Below are positions 9,488 to 18,383 of a DNA stretch of 64,000 nt, piece by piece. Below the pieces are notes generated by a model, which worked only from the letters and a program-made list of their open reading frames with translations, made no database searches and had not been told where the DNA came from. Position numbers and translations under genes: made by a program. The stretch is from Nannocystis sp. RBIL2 (GTDB lineage: Bacteria; Myxococcota_A; Polyangia; Nannocystales; Nannocystaceae): assembly GCF_026626745.1 (NCBI RefSeq), contig NZ_JAPNJW010000002.1:1382151-1446150 (forward strand), given 5' to 3'. Position 1 is the first letter of the stretch. Every line of letters starts with the position of its first letter.

Positions 9488-9536
9488 GGACATGTCCTCA
9501 CGAACATGTCCTCGCGTACATGTCCTCGCAGACACG
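9488..9536. repeat. 14-bp-period ACATGTCCTC array (3 units plus a degenerate 4th), intergenic
   Basis: ACATGTCCTC at 9490, 9504 and 9518; CACG at 9533. Lies directly after the stop of the 7689..9473 gene. Confidence 0.8.
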
Positions 9537-9762
9537 CGAGGCCGACGGTCGCGCCTCACGGCGCGCGTCCCATTGTCCAGGAGCTCATCCCAGCGCGAAC
9601 GACCCGCCCGCGGTGCGACCCGGCCCGGCTGGGCCCGCTCGCGACCTGGAGCAGATCCGTGTGGTCCTCGCCACAAAGCTCCGGCGCCCGCGCGTCCTCG
9701 CGCATCGCTCCCGATCGACGCCAGCGCCTGCAGGCCAGGCGTTCCGCCACGTTCTCCGCCGC

Positions 9763-9818
9763 CATGTCAAGCTAGCTTGACATGACCGTCGTGTCGCGTA
9801 TCTTTGACATCATGTCAA
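9763..9818 (+). promoter_or_regulatory. Two operator-like palindromes sharing the half-site TTGACAT, plus a sigma70-like promoter
   Basis: A 22-bp perfect palindrome, CATGTCAAGCTAGCTTGACATG, at 9763-9784. A 15-bp palindrome, TTGACATCATGTCAA, at 9804-9818. TTGACA (9777-9782), a 16-nt spacer, then TATCTT (9799-9804). Both candidate ATGs of the downstream gene (9782, 9812) lie inside the palindromes. Confidence 0.55.
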
Positions 9819-10264
9819 GCCGAGCTGTCACCGGGGAGGCGCGCCTGAGCACCTCGTTCGCGGAGAAGAGCGTCTGGATCCAGCTGATCGGCGTGGCCGT
9901 CGCGCTGGGCCTCTATTTCGTCGTCGCCGGCTGGATGCTGGCCCGCGGAATCACCATCCTGCCCGCCTTCGCCGGCGTGTTCGTGGTCGCCGTCGTTCTG
10001 CTGGTGACGATCCTCGTGGGCGGCCACCTCGTCGCCGCGCTCGTCGGCCGCCCCGAGCCGACCGACGTGCGCGACCGCGAGATCGAGGGTCGCGCAGAGA
10101 GCCGCACCGGCTGGATCCTCGCCACCGGCGTGATCGGGGCCATCGGCGCCCTCGTCGTCGCAGTCGAGCCGGTGTGGGTCGCGCACCTGTTGCTGCTGTC
10201 GCTGTACCTGGCGGAGCTCGCCCGCCTCGCGCTGCAGCTCGTCTACTACCGGCGCGGGATGTAG
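9782..10264 (+). CDS. Small membrane protein (4 predicted TM helices), partner of the XRE regulator
   Basis: 160-aa ORF with four hydrophobic stretches. The alternative start ATG 9812 would give a leaderless mRNA from the promoter above. Its stop is 2-23 nt before the XRE gene. Confidence 0.65.
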   Translation: MTVVSRIFDIMSSRAVTGEARLSTSFAEKSVWIQLIGVAVALGLYFVVAGWMLARGITILPAFAGVFVVAVVLLVTILVGGHLVAALVGRPEPTDVRDREIEGRAESRTGWILATGVIGAIGALVVAVEPVWVAHLLLLSLYLAELARLALQLVYYRRGM

Positions 10265-10287
10265 CCGTGGAGCCCGCACGCGGCAGC

Positions 10288-10494
10288 GTGAAGAACCGGA
10301 TCCGCCAGCTCCGCTTCGAGCACGGCGAGATGACGCAGCAGGAGCTGGCCGAGCGGATCGGCGTCAGCCGCCAGACCGTCAACGCGATCGAGGGCGGCAA
10401 GTACGCCCCGTCGCTCGAGGTCGCCTTCCGGATCGCCCTCGTCTTCACAGTCCCGCTCGAGACCGTATTTCAGTTCGACCCCGACGCGAAGTGA
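10288..10494 (+). CDS. XRE/Cro-type helix-turn-helix transcriptional regulator
   Basis: C-terminal part of ORF 10174..10494: VKNRIRQLRFEHGEMTQQELAERIGVSRQTVNAIEGGKYAPSLEVAFRIALVF. Start GTG 10288 (or GTG 10267). Confidence 0.85.
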   Translation: MKNRIRQLRFEHGEMTQQELAERIGVSRQTVNAIEGGKYAPSLEVAFRIALVFTVPLETVFQFDPDAK

Positions 10495-10507
10495 GGGTCC
10501 CGCGCAA

Positions 10508-10523
10508 CTGTCCCTTCGGACAG
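10508..10523. terminator. Hairpin CTGTCC-cttc-GGACAG between convergent genes
   Basis: 6-bp stem and 4-nt loop between stop 10494 (+) and stop 10529 (-). It uses the same TGTCC/GGACA half-site as the dispersed repeats. Confidence 0.3.
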
Positions 10524-10528
10524 GCGCA

Positions 10529-11167
10529 TCACTGGACCACGATCGTCACCTCGAACGGCGAGGCCTTGCGCGTGCCCGCGACCGTCCAGCGGTCGAGCGT
10601 GCGCAGCTGCGAGTACGCGCGCAGCAACGCCTCCATGTCGCCCACCTCTTGCCCGGCCACGGTGCGCACCAGGTCGCCATTTTTAAAACCCAGCAGCGCC
10701 AGCGGCGACTGGGAGCGGATCGCGAACAGCTTGAAGCCGACAGCCTTGCCGTCCTCGGTCACCGGCATGAGGCGCACCAGGCGGGCCATGTGTTCGGGCG
10801 CCGCCATGAGGGCATCGATCTCGCTGCGCTTCACCACGCAGGTCCCGTCGGCGCACGTCGGCGTCAGCGTCGCCTCGCCTGCGGGCGCGGCCTCGGGCGC
10901 TGCGTCGGTCGGCGGCGCCGGCGGGGCGCCGCCGGCCTCCAGCGGCGGAGACCGGCTGACCTCGCACAGCACCCGGTCGGCCCGCGCCTTCGCCAGCTCG
11001 GCGGTCAGCGACTCGATCCGCTGCCCCTGCTCCTTGACCAGCGCCGCAGTCGCCGCCAGCTCCTCCCGCATTGCCGCCAGCTCCCTCTCCTTCGCGGGGT
11101 CGCACCCGCCCAGCAGCAGCCCCAGCAGCATCCACGCCTCGATCCGTCGCCCCGGCATCGACGCCAC
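10529..11167 (-). CDS. Lipoprotein with coiled-coil and C-terminal PDZ-like domain (GspC-like)
   Basis: 212 aa; lipobox LLLGGC; C-terminus GFKLFAIRSQSPLALLGFKNGDLVRTVAGQEV resembles the PDZ domain of type II secretion protein C. Confidence 0.7.
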   Translation of the reverse strand: MASMPGRRIEAWMLLGLLLGGCDPAKERELAAMREELAATAALVKEQGQRIESLTAELAKARADRVLCEVSRSPPLEAGGAPPAPPTDAAPEAAPAGEATLTPTCADGTCVVKRSEIDALMAAPEHMARLVRLMPVTEDGKAVGFKLFAIRSQSPLALLGFKNGDLVRTVAGQEVGDMEALLRAYSQLRTLDRWTVAGTRKASPFEVTIVVQ

Positions 11168-11213
11168 TTCAACACGTCCGCCCCGGCCGCGACAAGCGCT
11201 ACAGTCCCTGCGC

Positions 11214-11429
11214 GTGACCTTGCCCGCCGAGCCCCGCGAGCCGCTGCTCCTGGCCCTCCGCCGCGCCGACCCGCTCGCCTTCCGCCGCGAGGTGCGGGCG
11301 GTCCTGGCAGCCCAGTGCAGCGTGAGCGCCGGCGCCCGGGCCCTCGGCGTGCGCGAGGCGACCCTGCGCGACCTGCTGGCCGACGACGCCGAGCTGGCCC
11401 GCGGCCTCGACCTCGACGACTGGCCCTGA
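11214..11429 (+). CDS. Small hypothetical protein (71 aa)
   Basis: The tail of ORF 10491..11429 from GTG 11214 (VTLPAEPREPLLLALRR...GARALGVREATLRDLLADDAELARGLDLDDWP). Its codon bias matches neighbouring genes, but no family was recognised. Confidence 0.3.
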   Translation: MTLPAEPREPLLLALRRADPLAFRREVRAVLAAQCSVSAGARALGVREATLRDLLADDAELARGLDLDDWP

Positions 11430-11444
11430 GGACAGGCTCAAATG

Positions 11445-11505
11445 AACATGACCGTAGAGGCATGTTCCATCGAGCATGTCCATGACACCATGTCGCACAC
11501 GTGAC
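11445..11505. repeat. 14-bp-period CATG array (4-5 units), intergenic
   Basis: CATG at 11447, 11461, 11475 and 11489 (aaCATGacc, ggCATGTTCc, agCATGTCCa, acCATGTCgc), followed by CACGTG near 11500. Confidence 0.75.
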
Positions 11506-11535
11506 ATCGCCCCCGCCGCGTGCCAGACTCGCCGC

Positions 11536-11961
11536 GTGCTGCAGCCCGTCGTCATCAGCGAAGCCGAGCTCGACCGCCGCCACGGCACCTTCGCCCGGCT
11601 CGCCTCGGGCGGCCGCTACGGCTGCGCCTGCGCCGTCTACGACGGCGACGTCACGATCGACGGCGACGGCTGGCTGGACGACGAGCACTGGTCGCAGCTG
11701 CAGCTCGCCGCCGCCCCCGACGACATCGGCACCATCGTCGTCACCGGCAGCCTGACGGTGCGGGGCGACCTCTGCGTGTCCGACCGGCTGATGTGCGCCG
11801 TCGTCCTCGGCGACCTGGTCGCCCGCGAGCTCGCCATCTTCGAGACCGAGTTCTACGTCGGCGGCGACCTGCGGGTCGAACGCCTGCGCGACCGCGACGA
11901 GTACCTCACGGTCGCCGGCGCGCGCTCGGTCGCCCACCCCGACGTCGATCCCGACGAATGA
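11536..11961 (+). CDS. Hypothetical protein
   Basis: ORF 11476..11961. Start moved to GTG 11536 (VLQPVVISEAELDRRHG) to clear the repeat array. No family recognised. Confidence 0.5.
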   Translation: MLQPVVISEAELDRRHGTFARLASGGRYGCACAVYDGDVTIDGDGWLDDEHWSQLQLAAAPDDIGTIVVTGSLTVRGDLCVSDRLMCAVVLGDLVARELAIFETEFYVGGDLRVERLRDRDEYLTVAGARSVAHPDVDPDE

Positions 11962-11970
11962 ACCTGTCCC

Positions 11971-12021
11971 GAGTGACATGTCCCCCAGGACATGTCACTC
12001 GCCGCCTGTCCCGCAGGACAG
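11971..12021. terminator. Two adjacent hairpins between convergent genes
   Basis: GAGTGACATGTCC-ccca-GGACATGTCACTC (13-bp arms, 11971-12000) and CTGTCC-cgca-GGACAG (12006-12021). They fill the 68-bp gap between stops 11961 (+) and 12030 (-). Confidence 0.45.
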
Positions 12022-12029
12022 CCCCCGGC

Positions 12030-14897
12030 TCAGCCCTTGCGCCGGCGCGCCCGGACCACGCAGCGTGCCGCGCGCTGCGGGCGGAACAGCGTCCTCGCCA
12101 GCGCCCACACCCCCTCGGCGGTCACCGCCGCCACTCGCTGCGGGTACGCGAACGCCCGCGCGCGCGGCAGCCCGTAGACCTCGGACAGCGCCAGCAGCGA
12201 CGCCATCCGGCTGCGGCGCTGCTGACCGAGCTCGAACTGACCGACCAGCCACGCCTTGGCGCGCTCGACCTCCGCCGCCGACGGCGGCTCTCGCACCGCG
12301 CGCTCGACCTCCGCCGCGATCGCGGCCATCGCCTTCGGCAGCTTGTCCTGGCTCGTCGACGCGTGGATCGCCACGTGGCCGGCGTCGACGCCCTCCACGC
12401 TGCTCATCGACACCTCGTACACCAGCCCCTGGACCTCGCGCAGCGCCGTGAACAGGCGCCCGGTCTGGCCGCCGAGCACCGCGCTGAGCACGTCGAGGGT
12501 CGGCTCGCGCTCGTCGCCGACGGCGATGCCCGGCCAGCCGAGGGCGATGTGGGCCTGCTCGCGGTCCTGGAAGATCTCGCGCTCGCGCGGCCCGGTCGGC
12601 GCCGCGAACTTCTTCGGCGCACCTGGCCCTTCAGACAGCCTGTCTCCGAGGCCAGCCTCGCGCAGCGCCGCCTCGACCTGGGCTGCCGCCGCCGCCACGT
12701 CGATGTCGCCGGCCAGGGCCAGCACCGCCTGCCCGATCGGGTAGTCGCGGCGCCACACCCCGCGCAGCTTGGCCGGCGTCAGCGCCCGCAGCCCGGCCGG
12801 CGTACCGCGGCCCGGGCGGCTGAACGGGTGCTCGCCGTACAGCAGCGCGTTCAGCCCGCGGCTGGCCACCGCGCCCGGATCGTCGACCTCGGCCGCCAGG
12901 TCCTGCAGCGCCACCCGCCGCTCCTCCTCGAGCTCGTCGGCCGCGAACTTCGGCGTGGTCGCGCAGTCGAGCGCGTGCCCGAGCACCGCCGGGAAGTGCC
13001 GGCTCAGGCACTCGAAGTGCAGGCCCAGGCTGTTGCGGCCGGCGAACCCGTCGAGCCCCGCGGCCATCCCGTCGATCGCCCGGCTCAGCGCCTCGCCGCC
13101 GGTGCGGGCGTTGCCGCGGGTGAGCAGCGCCGCGATCAGCGAGTTCGCGCCGGCCAGCGCCGCCGGCTCGCGCCGCAGCCCGCCCGGCCAGATCAGCCAG
13201 CCCGCCGCCACCGGCACCGCCGGCTCGACCCGCGCCAGCAGGCGCAGGCCGCACGCCAGCGTCACCGTCTCGATCCCGTCGCTGGCGCAGCGCGGCCTCA
13301 CCCCGGCGCGCCCCGGCGTCGGCGCCGGCTTCAGCGCCTCGGCCACCGCGGCCTTGAGCGACCTGGCCGTTTGGACATCCACCTCCGCGCGCGGCAGCTC
13401 GAGGCTGACGCTCGCGCGCGCCGGGTCGAGCCAGCGCGCGCAGGCCGAGCGGACCGCCTCGGGCGTCAGCGCCGCCAGGGCCGCGTAGTACTCGCGCTCG
13501 CGGGCGAGGTCGCCGAACAGCGTCGCGCAGGCCCCGAGCGCGTGGGCCTGGCCCTGCACCGTCTCGCGCCGGTACACCAGGTCGCTCTCGAGGATCGCCT
13601 TGGCCCGCGCCAGCTCCTCGGCCGACACCGGCGCGTCCGCCAGCCGCCGCACCTGGGCCACCACCGCCGCCACCGCCGCCGCCGTCTGGTTCGCGGTCGT
13701 GCGCGCCGACACCATCACCGTCCCGCCGTGCCGCAGCGTGTCGCAGTGGGCCTGGATGTCCGAAACGACCTGTTCTTTGCGACGTGTCTCGGCGACCAGG
13801 CGCGACGACTCGCCGTTGCCGAGCACCACCGACGCCGCGTCGATCGCCGCCGCCTCGGCCGCGCCGGCCGCCGGCGCCGGCCAGGCCAGCAGCGCGTAGG
13901 TCTCCTGGACCTCGGCGCGGCGCAGCGTCACCCCCGGCTTCGGCGCCGGCTCGCCCGTCGACGCGCGCCCCTTGGCCGCCGGCAGCGCGCCGACGATCGC
14001 CCGTGCCACCTTGCGCAGCGCGGCCACGTCGACCGCGCCGACCGCCACCAGAGTCAGCCGCTCGCCGGCGTAGGCTCGTCGGTGGTACCCGCGCAGCCGC
14101 GCCGCCGAGTGCCCCGCGACCTCTTCCGCCAGGCCGAGCACCGGCCGCGCGTACGCGTGCGCCCCGTACACCCGCGACAGCGCCGCCTGCGTCACCCGCT
14201 GGCCCGGGTCGTCGTCGTACTGCTTGATCTCCTCGATCACCACCTCGCGCTCCTGCCCCAGAGTGGCCGGGTCGAGCGTCGGGAACAGCGTCGCGGTGGC
14301 CACCAGCGCCGCCGCCTCGGCCGCGCGGGCCGCCGGCGTCGTCACGTGGACCACCGTCTCGTCGTGGCTGGTGAACGCGTTGATGTCGCCGCCGAGCGCC
14401 TCGATCGCGCCCGCGAGATCGAACGCCTCCTCCGTCCGCCGCACCCCGGCCGCCGCCAGGCGCGCGCGGTTGCTCTTCGGGCCATGTCCCAAAGCACATG
14501 GCTTGAAGAGCATGTGCTCGAGCAGGTGGGCGCAGCCGTGCTCGTCCTCCCGCTCGGCCGCGGTGCCCGAGCCGACCCACAGCTGCACCGCCGCCGGCCC
14601 GGCCCCGGCCGGTCGCCCCGGCAGGATCAGCAGGCGGGCGCCGTTGGCCAGCCGCTCGTCGACGAGCGGCGCGAATTGAGTGGCGGCGCCGGGGAGATCG
14701 AGGCCGCGGGGCGAAGGGGGCGAGACGGGCAGATCGGGCACGGTAAAAGCTCGCCGCCCGCCGGTCGCGCGCGGCGCCTCCTCATACCGCGAGTCGCCGC
14801 CCCGCGCATCCTCGCCCGCGCCCGGCGCCGCCCCGCCACCGATTCGCGGCCCCGGGCCGCCAACGCTCGCGGAGCGCCGCCTCCGGGCCGCGGCCAT
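12030..14897 (-). CDS. M16 (pitrilysin/insulinase) family zinc peptidase, two-module
   Basis: 955-aa ORF. HLLEHMLFK (HxxEH) near the N-terminus, plus a second M16-like half. The start is uncertain (GTG 14741 is possible). Confidence 0.9.
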   Translation of the reverse strand: MAAARRRRSASVGGPGPRIGGGAAPGAGEDARGGDSRYEEAPRATGGRRAFTVPDLPVSPPSPRGLDLPGAATQFAPLVDERLANGARLLILPGRPAGAGPAAVQLWVGSGTAAEREDEHGCAHLLEHMLFKPCALGHGPKSNRARLAAAGVRRTEEAFDLAGAIEALGGDINAFTSHDETVVHVTTPAARAAEAAALVATATLFPTLDPATLGQEREVVIEEIKQYDDDPGQRVTQAALSRVYGAHAYARPVLGLAEEVAGHSAARLRGYHRRAYAGERLTLVAVGAVDVAALRKVARAIVGALPAAKGRASTGEPAPKPGVTLRRAEVQETYALLAWPAPAAGAAEAAAIDAASVVLGNGESSRLVAETRRKEQVVSDIQAHCDTLRHGGTVMVSARTTANQTAAAVAAVVAQVRRLADAPVSAEELARAKAILESDLVYRRETVQGQAHALGACATLFGDLAREREYYAALAALTPEAVRSACARWLDPARASVSLELPRAEVDVQTARSLKAAVAEALKPAPTPGRAGVRPRCASDGIETVTLACGLRLLARVEPAVPVAAGWLIWPGGLRREPAALAGANSLIAALLTRGNARTGGEALSRAIDGMAAGLDGFAGRNSLGLHFECLSRHFPAVLGHALDCATTPKFAADELEEERRVALQDLAAEVDDPGAVASRGLNALLYGEHPFSRPGRGTPAGLRALTPAKLRGVWRRDYPIGQAVLALAGDIDVAAAAAQVEAALREAGLGDRLSEGPGAPKKFAAPTGPREREIFQDREQAHIALGWPGIAVGDEREPTLDVLSAVLGGQTGRLFTALREVQGLVYEVSMSSVEGVDAGHVAIHASTSQDKLPKAMAAIAAEVERAVREPPSAAEVERAKAWLVGQFELGQQRRSRMASLLALSEVYGLPRARAFAYPQRVAAVTAEGVWALARTLFRPQRAARCVVRARRRKG
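14482..14523. repeat. 14-bp-period CATG array (3 units) inside the M16 CDS, just after HxxEH
   Basis: CATG at 14482, 14496 and 14510. It encodes ...KPCALGHGPKSN... on the minus strand. Confidence 0.65.
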
Positions 14898-15139
14898 GAA
14901 CCGCGTCCCGCCCCGTCCTCCGCTCGCGGACCGCCGTCACCGCCCCTCCCTGTCGATCTCGTCACGCACCCCGCCGCGATCTCGACCGCGCTCGGCACCG
15001 TCGCACCACCGACGAGCCCGCTCGGCGATCTCGCCGCCGACGCCGGCTGTCGTCATTCCCGGCCGCTCCCTCCGCCTGCGCGCCCACGCCCGCGCCCGCA
15101 GGCCGGTGCGCCGCCCGTGTTCTGCGGTATGGTCCCGCC

Positions 15140-17008
15140 GTGCTCTCTCCGACGCTCGCGTTGCGCTGCCCGCATTGCCAGCACGCCCTCTCGCTCGCCG
15201 ACCTCCGCGACGCCGCCGACTGCCCTGCGTGCCGCCAGTCCCACGGCTTGCCTCCGGCCGTCGCCGACGCCCTGGCCCTCTACGAGCGGGCGATCCAGCA
15301 AGCAGTCAGCGACCTGGTCCACAGCGCACCTGTCCCGAAGGTCAGCCCCGAACCCGAGGCCGAGGCCCCGCCGCCGAGCCCGCGGCTCCACGCGCGCCAC
15401 CAGCCCGGCCCCTCGGCCCGGCTGCTCGCCGCTCCCGTCCCGCCGACCACCCTGCTCTCGATCGGCCCGGCCCCGCCGCCCGCAGTCCCGGCCCCCGTGC
15501 GACCTGTCCTGAGGGACAGCGCTGCTCCGCTCGACGCTCCCGAGCCCGGCGACACCTTGCAAGGCCCCCGCCCCGGTCGCTGGGCGGAAGCCCGACCCGG
15601 CACCCTGCCGGCCGAGCTGGCCGCGGGCCTGGGCGTCCACGGCCACGACGCCGCGCCGGAGCCGGCCCAGCTGTCCCTGCCCGTCGAAGCAACTGTCTCC
15701 GCGGACACGCGATTCCAACCTGTCCCCACGGACAGCCGGAACATCGACCCCAAGGACACGCGATCTCAACCTGTCCCCACGGACAGCCAGCACTTATCTG
15801 CCCCTTCGGACAGCCACATCACCGCCCGCCACACCTCCCCGCCACCTGTCCCTGCAGACAGCTCACCCGCCGCCCCGGCCCCGCTCACCGCGGTCGCTCC
15901 CGGCTTCGACCCCGCCGCGCTGTCCGGCCCCTTGCCCGCCCCGCGCGAGCAGGCACCTGGCCTCGGGGCCAGCCTCGCCCGCGACCCGGCCGCGCGGACG
16001 ACCGCCAGCGACACCCTCCCCGGCGCCGCGTTGAACCCGTCGAACTCCTCGCTCCTGGCGATCCTCTCCAACCGCTCCGGCGCCAGCCTCAGCACGCCCT
16101 CCTCGACGGCGGGGCTCGCGGCTCCGCCCGGCGGTCTGGCCGAGGCGCCGCTGGTGGTCGCCGCGGTGCGCGAGCCCGCCGACCGCCCGCCGTCCCCCGC
16201 GACCCAGGAGCTGATCGCCGCAGTCCGCTCCTTCCTCCCCGATCGCCGCGACGTCGCCGGCCCCGAGCCCGAGGGGCGGATCCCCGCCAGCGCCCTCGCG
16301 GTCGCCCGCCGCGCCCTCCTGGCCCGCCACGCCGACGAGCGGCGCCAGCAGCAAGTCCACGACGGCGGCCTCGGTCTCCTGTTCGCCGCCATCGTCTGCG
16401 GCGGCCTGCTCCTGTTCGGCCTGTGGTACGTCGCCGCCCCGATCGCCGTCCTCGCCGTCCTCCTGCGTCTGCGCCGCGAGGAGCGCGGCGAGCGGTTCGG
16501 CGCCGAGGTCCAGCGCCTCGGCGACGCGCTCGGCGGCCAGCGCCTCCCCAGCTACGACGCCATCGCCGCGTGGTTCGATCGTCTGTGGCCCGCGCCCGTC
16601 AGCCCCGAGGCGATGTGGACCAGCCACCTGCACGGGGCGGTCCGCTGCGACGTGCACGGCTTCCCCGCGCTGGTCGACGTCCACCTGAACGAAAAGACAG
16701 CCGGCGGCGTCGTCTACCCGCCGCGGATCACCGCCTACCTCGCCGCCCTCTGGCCCAGCCGCGTGCCCTCTCTGCGCATCACCGCCACCGACCTCACCCC
16801 CGCCGCCCAGGCCCGGCTCGCGCGCCTGCGCAAGGCCGGCTACACCGTCGTCGCCGACGCCCACGGCGGCCTCATCATGCGCGCCAGCGAGTCGATCGCC
16901 CAGGCCGCGCGGGCGGACATCACCCGTCTGCCCGCGCTGCAGGTCCCGATCGGCGAGCTCGCCGACCTCGCCCGCGACCTCGGGGCCGAGCCCGTCCCCG
17001 CGCCCTAG
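15140..17008 (+). CDS. Hypothetical membrane protein with N-terminal zinc ribbon and Pro-rich low-complexity region
   Basis: 622 aa; RCPHCQHAL...CPACRQ (CxxC x2); a long P/A/S-rich region; TM segment GLGLLFAAIVCGGLLLFGLWYVAAPIAVLAVLL; a globular C-terminus. Confidence 0.7.
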   Translation: MLSPTLALRCPHCQHALSLADLRDAADCPACRQSHGLPPAVADALALYERAIQQAVSDLVHSAPVPKVSPEPEAEAPPPSPRLHARHQPGPSARLLAAPVPPTTLLSIGPAPPPAVPAPVRPVLRDSAAPLDAPEPGDTLQGPRPGRWAEARPGTLPAELAAGLGVHGHDAAPEPAQLSLPVEATVSADTRFQPVPTDSRNIDPKDTRSQPVPTDSQHLSAPSDSHITARHTSPPPVPADSSPAAPAPLTAVAPGFDPAALSGPLPAPREQAPGLGASLARDPAARTTASDTLPGAALNPSNSSLLAILSNRSGASLSTPSSTAGLAAPPGGLAEAPLVVAAVREPADRPPSPATQELIAAVRSFLPDRRDVAGPEPEGRIPASALAVARRALLARHADERRQQQVHDGGLGLLFAAIVCGGLLLFGLWYVAAPIAVLAVLLRLRREERGERFGAEVQRLGDALGGQRLPSYDAIAAWFDRLWPAPVSPEAMWTSHLHGAVRCDVHGFPALVDVHLNEKTAGGVVYPPRITAYLAALWPSRVPSLRITATDLTPAAQARLARLRKAGYTVVADAHGGLIMRASESIAQAARADITRLPALQVPIGELADLARDLGAEPVPAP

Positions 17009-17012
17009 CGCC

Positions 17013-17438
17013 GTGTCCGTCACGCGTGAACACGCGACCACGTCCGCCCGGTGTCCCCAGTGTGGGACCGGCGTGACCGTGCATCACACCGTCGCCCGCC
17101 GCGACGACGGGGTCCGTTGGTCCACCGCGATCCGCTGCCTCGCCTGCGGCCTCTCGCTCGAGTCGGACAGCAACGCCGGCGACTCGGCCGCGCGAGCCGC
17201 CGTGCTGGCCACCAACGGCTCGTGGATCGTCCGCCTCACCAGCCTCGGCCCGCGACCGATCCGCGTCCTGCGGGCCCTCCGCGACACTCTCGGCCTCTCG
17301 CCCGCCGTCGCCCGCACGCGCCTCGCCGCCCTCGCCCAGGGCACCCGCGTCGAGATGGAGGCGCTGCTGGCCAAGTTCGTCCGCGAGGGCGCCGAGGGCA
17401 CCTGCGTCCGCGTCGAGCCGACCTCCGGCCCGCGCTGA
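17013..17438 (+). CDS. Hypothetical zinc-ribbon protein with L7/L12-CTD-like tail
   Basis: 141 aa; CPQCG...CLACG; the tail IRVLRALRDTLGLSPAVARTRLAALAQGTRVEMEALLAKFVREGAE resembles the ribosomal L7/L12 C-terminal domain fold pattern. Starts 4 nt after the upstream stop. Confidence 0.55.
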   Translation: MSVTREHATTSARCPQCGTGVTVHHTVARRDDGVRWSTAIRCLACGLSLESDSNAGDSAARAAVLATNGSWIVRLTSLGPRPIRVLRALRDTLGLSPAVARTRLAALAQGTRVEMEALLAKFVREGAEGTCVRVEPTSGPR

Positions 17439-17605
17439 CCGACGACCCCGACCCTCCTCGCGCAGCGCCGCCGATGCATGGCCCATCCATCGCATCGAGG
17501 ACCTCGCCCCCGTCCTCGCGTCGCGCGTGGAGACCTCCGCGCCTCGCTCCGCCGCGAGCGTTGCCGCGCCGCCGAATCGACGGCGCCTTTGGTTATGCTC
17601 GCAGC

Positions 17606-18370
17606 ATGGGTTCGTTGCGAGACAAGGTCGCGCTGATCGTCGGCGGCAACTCGGGCATCGGCAAGGCGACCGCCTTCGCCTTCGCCGACGCCGGGGCCAG
17701 GATCGTGGTCGCCGCCCGTCGCCGGGCCGAGGGGCTCGACGTCGTCGAGCAGCTGCGCGCCCGCGGCACCCCTGCGATCTTCGTCCCCCTCGACGTCACC
17801 GTCGAGGACGACATCGTCGCCGGCGTCGCCGCCACCGTCGCCGAGTTCGGCCGCCTCGACTGCGCGGTCAACTCCGCCGGCATCTGCGAGGACTTCGGCC
17901 CCGTCACCGACGTCGACGGCGCCGCCTTCGATCGCATGATGGCCGTCAACGTCCGCGGCACCCTCCTCGGCATGAAGCACCAGCTGAAGCAGATGGTCGC
18001 GCAGGGCGGCGGCGGCAGCATCGTCAACGTCGCCTCGATCCTCTCCCACGTCGGCACGCCCACCGGTTCGGCCTACGTCGCCACCAAGCACGCCGTCCTC
18101 GGCATCACCCGCTCGGCCGCCCTCGGCCACGCCAAGCAGGGCATCCGCGTCAACTGCGTCGCCCCGACCGCCATCACCGGCACGCCGATGGTCGACAACG
18201 CCCTGGCGAACTTCCCCGCGGTCATGGAGCCCGTCATCTCCGCCATCCCGATGGGCCGCCCCGGCCGCGCCGACGAGGTCGGCCGCGCGATCGCCTGGCT
18301 CAGCAGCGACGACGCCGCCTTCATCTCCGGCCACTCCCTGGCGATCGACGGCGCCCAGCTCGCCATGTGA
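17606..18370 (+). CDS. Short-chain dehydrogenase/reductase
   Basis: In-frame part of ORF 17051..18370 from ATG 17606 (MGSLRDKVALIVGGNSGIGKA). Motifs: NSAG, YVATKHA (YxxxK). Confidence 0.9.
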   Translation: MGSLRDKVALIVGGNSGIGKATAFAFADAGARIVVAARRRAEGLDVVEQLRARGTPAIFVPLDVTVEDDIVAGVAATVAEFGRLDCAVNSAGICEDFGPVTDVDGAAFDRMMAVNVRGTLLGMKHQLKQMVAQGGGGSIVNVASILSHVGTPTGSAYVATKHAVLGITRSAALGHAKQGIRVNCVAPTAITGTPMVDNALANFPAVMEPVISAIPMGRPGRADEVGRAIAWLSSDDAAFISGHSLAIDGAQLAM

Positions 18371-18383
18371 GCGCTGCGCATTA

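Noticed and set aside
9488-9500. GGACATGTCC matches the metazoan p53 half-site consensus RRRCWWGYYY.
   Set aside because: This is a coincidence of a short palindrome with no biological relevance in a bacterium. The motif is treated as part of the 14-bp repeat family instead.
11520-15512. A 1330-aa plus-strand ORF, and similar very long ORFs (2284..4146, 3305..5461, 3377..5062, 14680..17076, 30597..33317, 38010..39605).
   Set aside because: They are Arg/Pro/Ala-rich low-complexity translations typical of wrong frames in high-G+C DNA. Each overlaps a well-supported gene with family motifs on the other strand or frame.
14680-17076. Repeated TCPHGQP / TCPEGQ peptides in an alternative frame that look like a protein repeat.
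   Set aside because: They are the translation of the CTGTCC-N4-GGACAG DNA hairpins in a non-coding frame. The supported gene is 15140..17008 in another frame.
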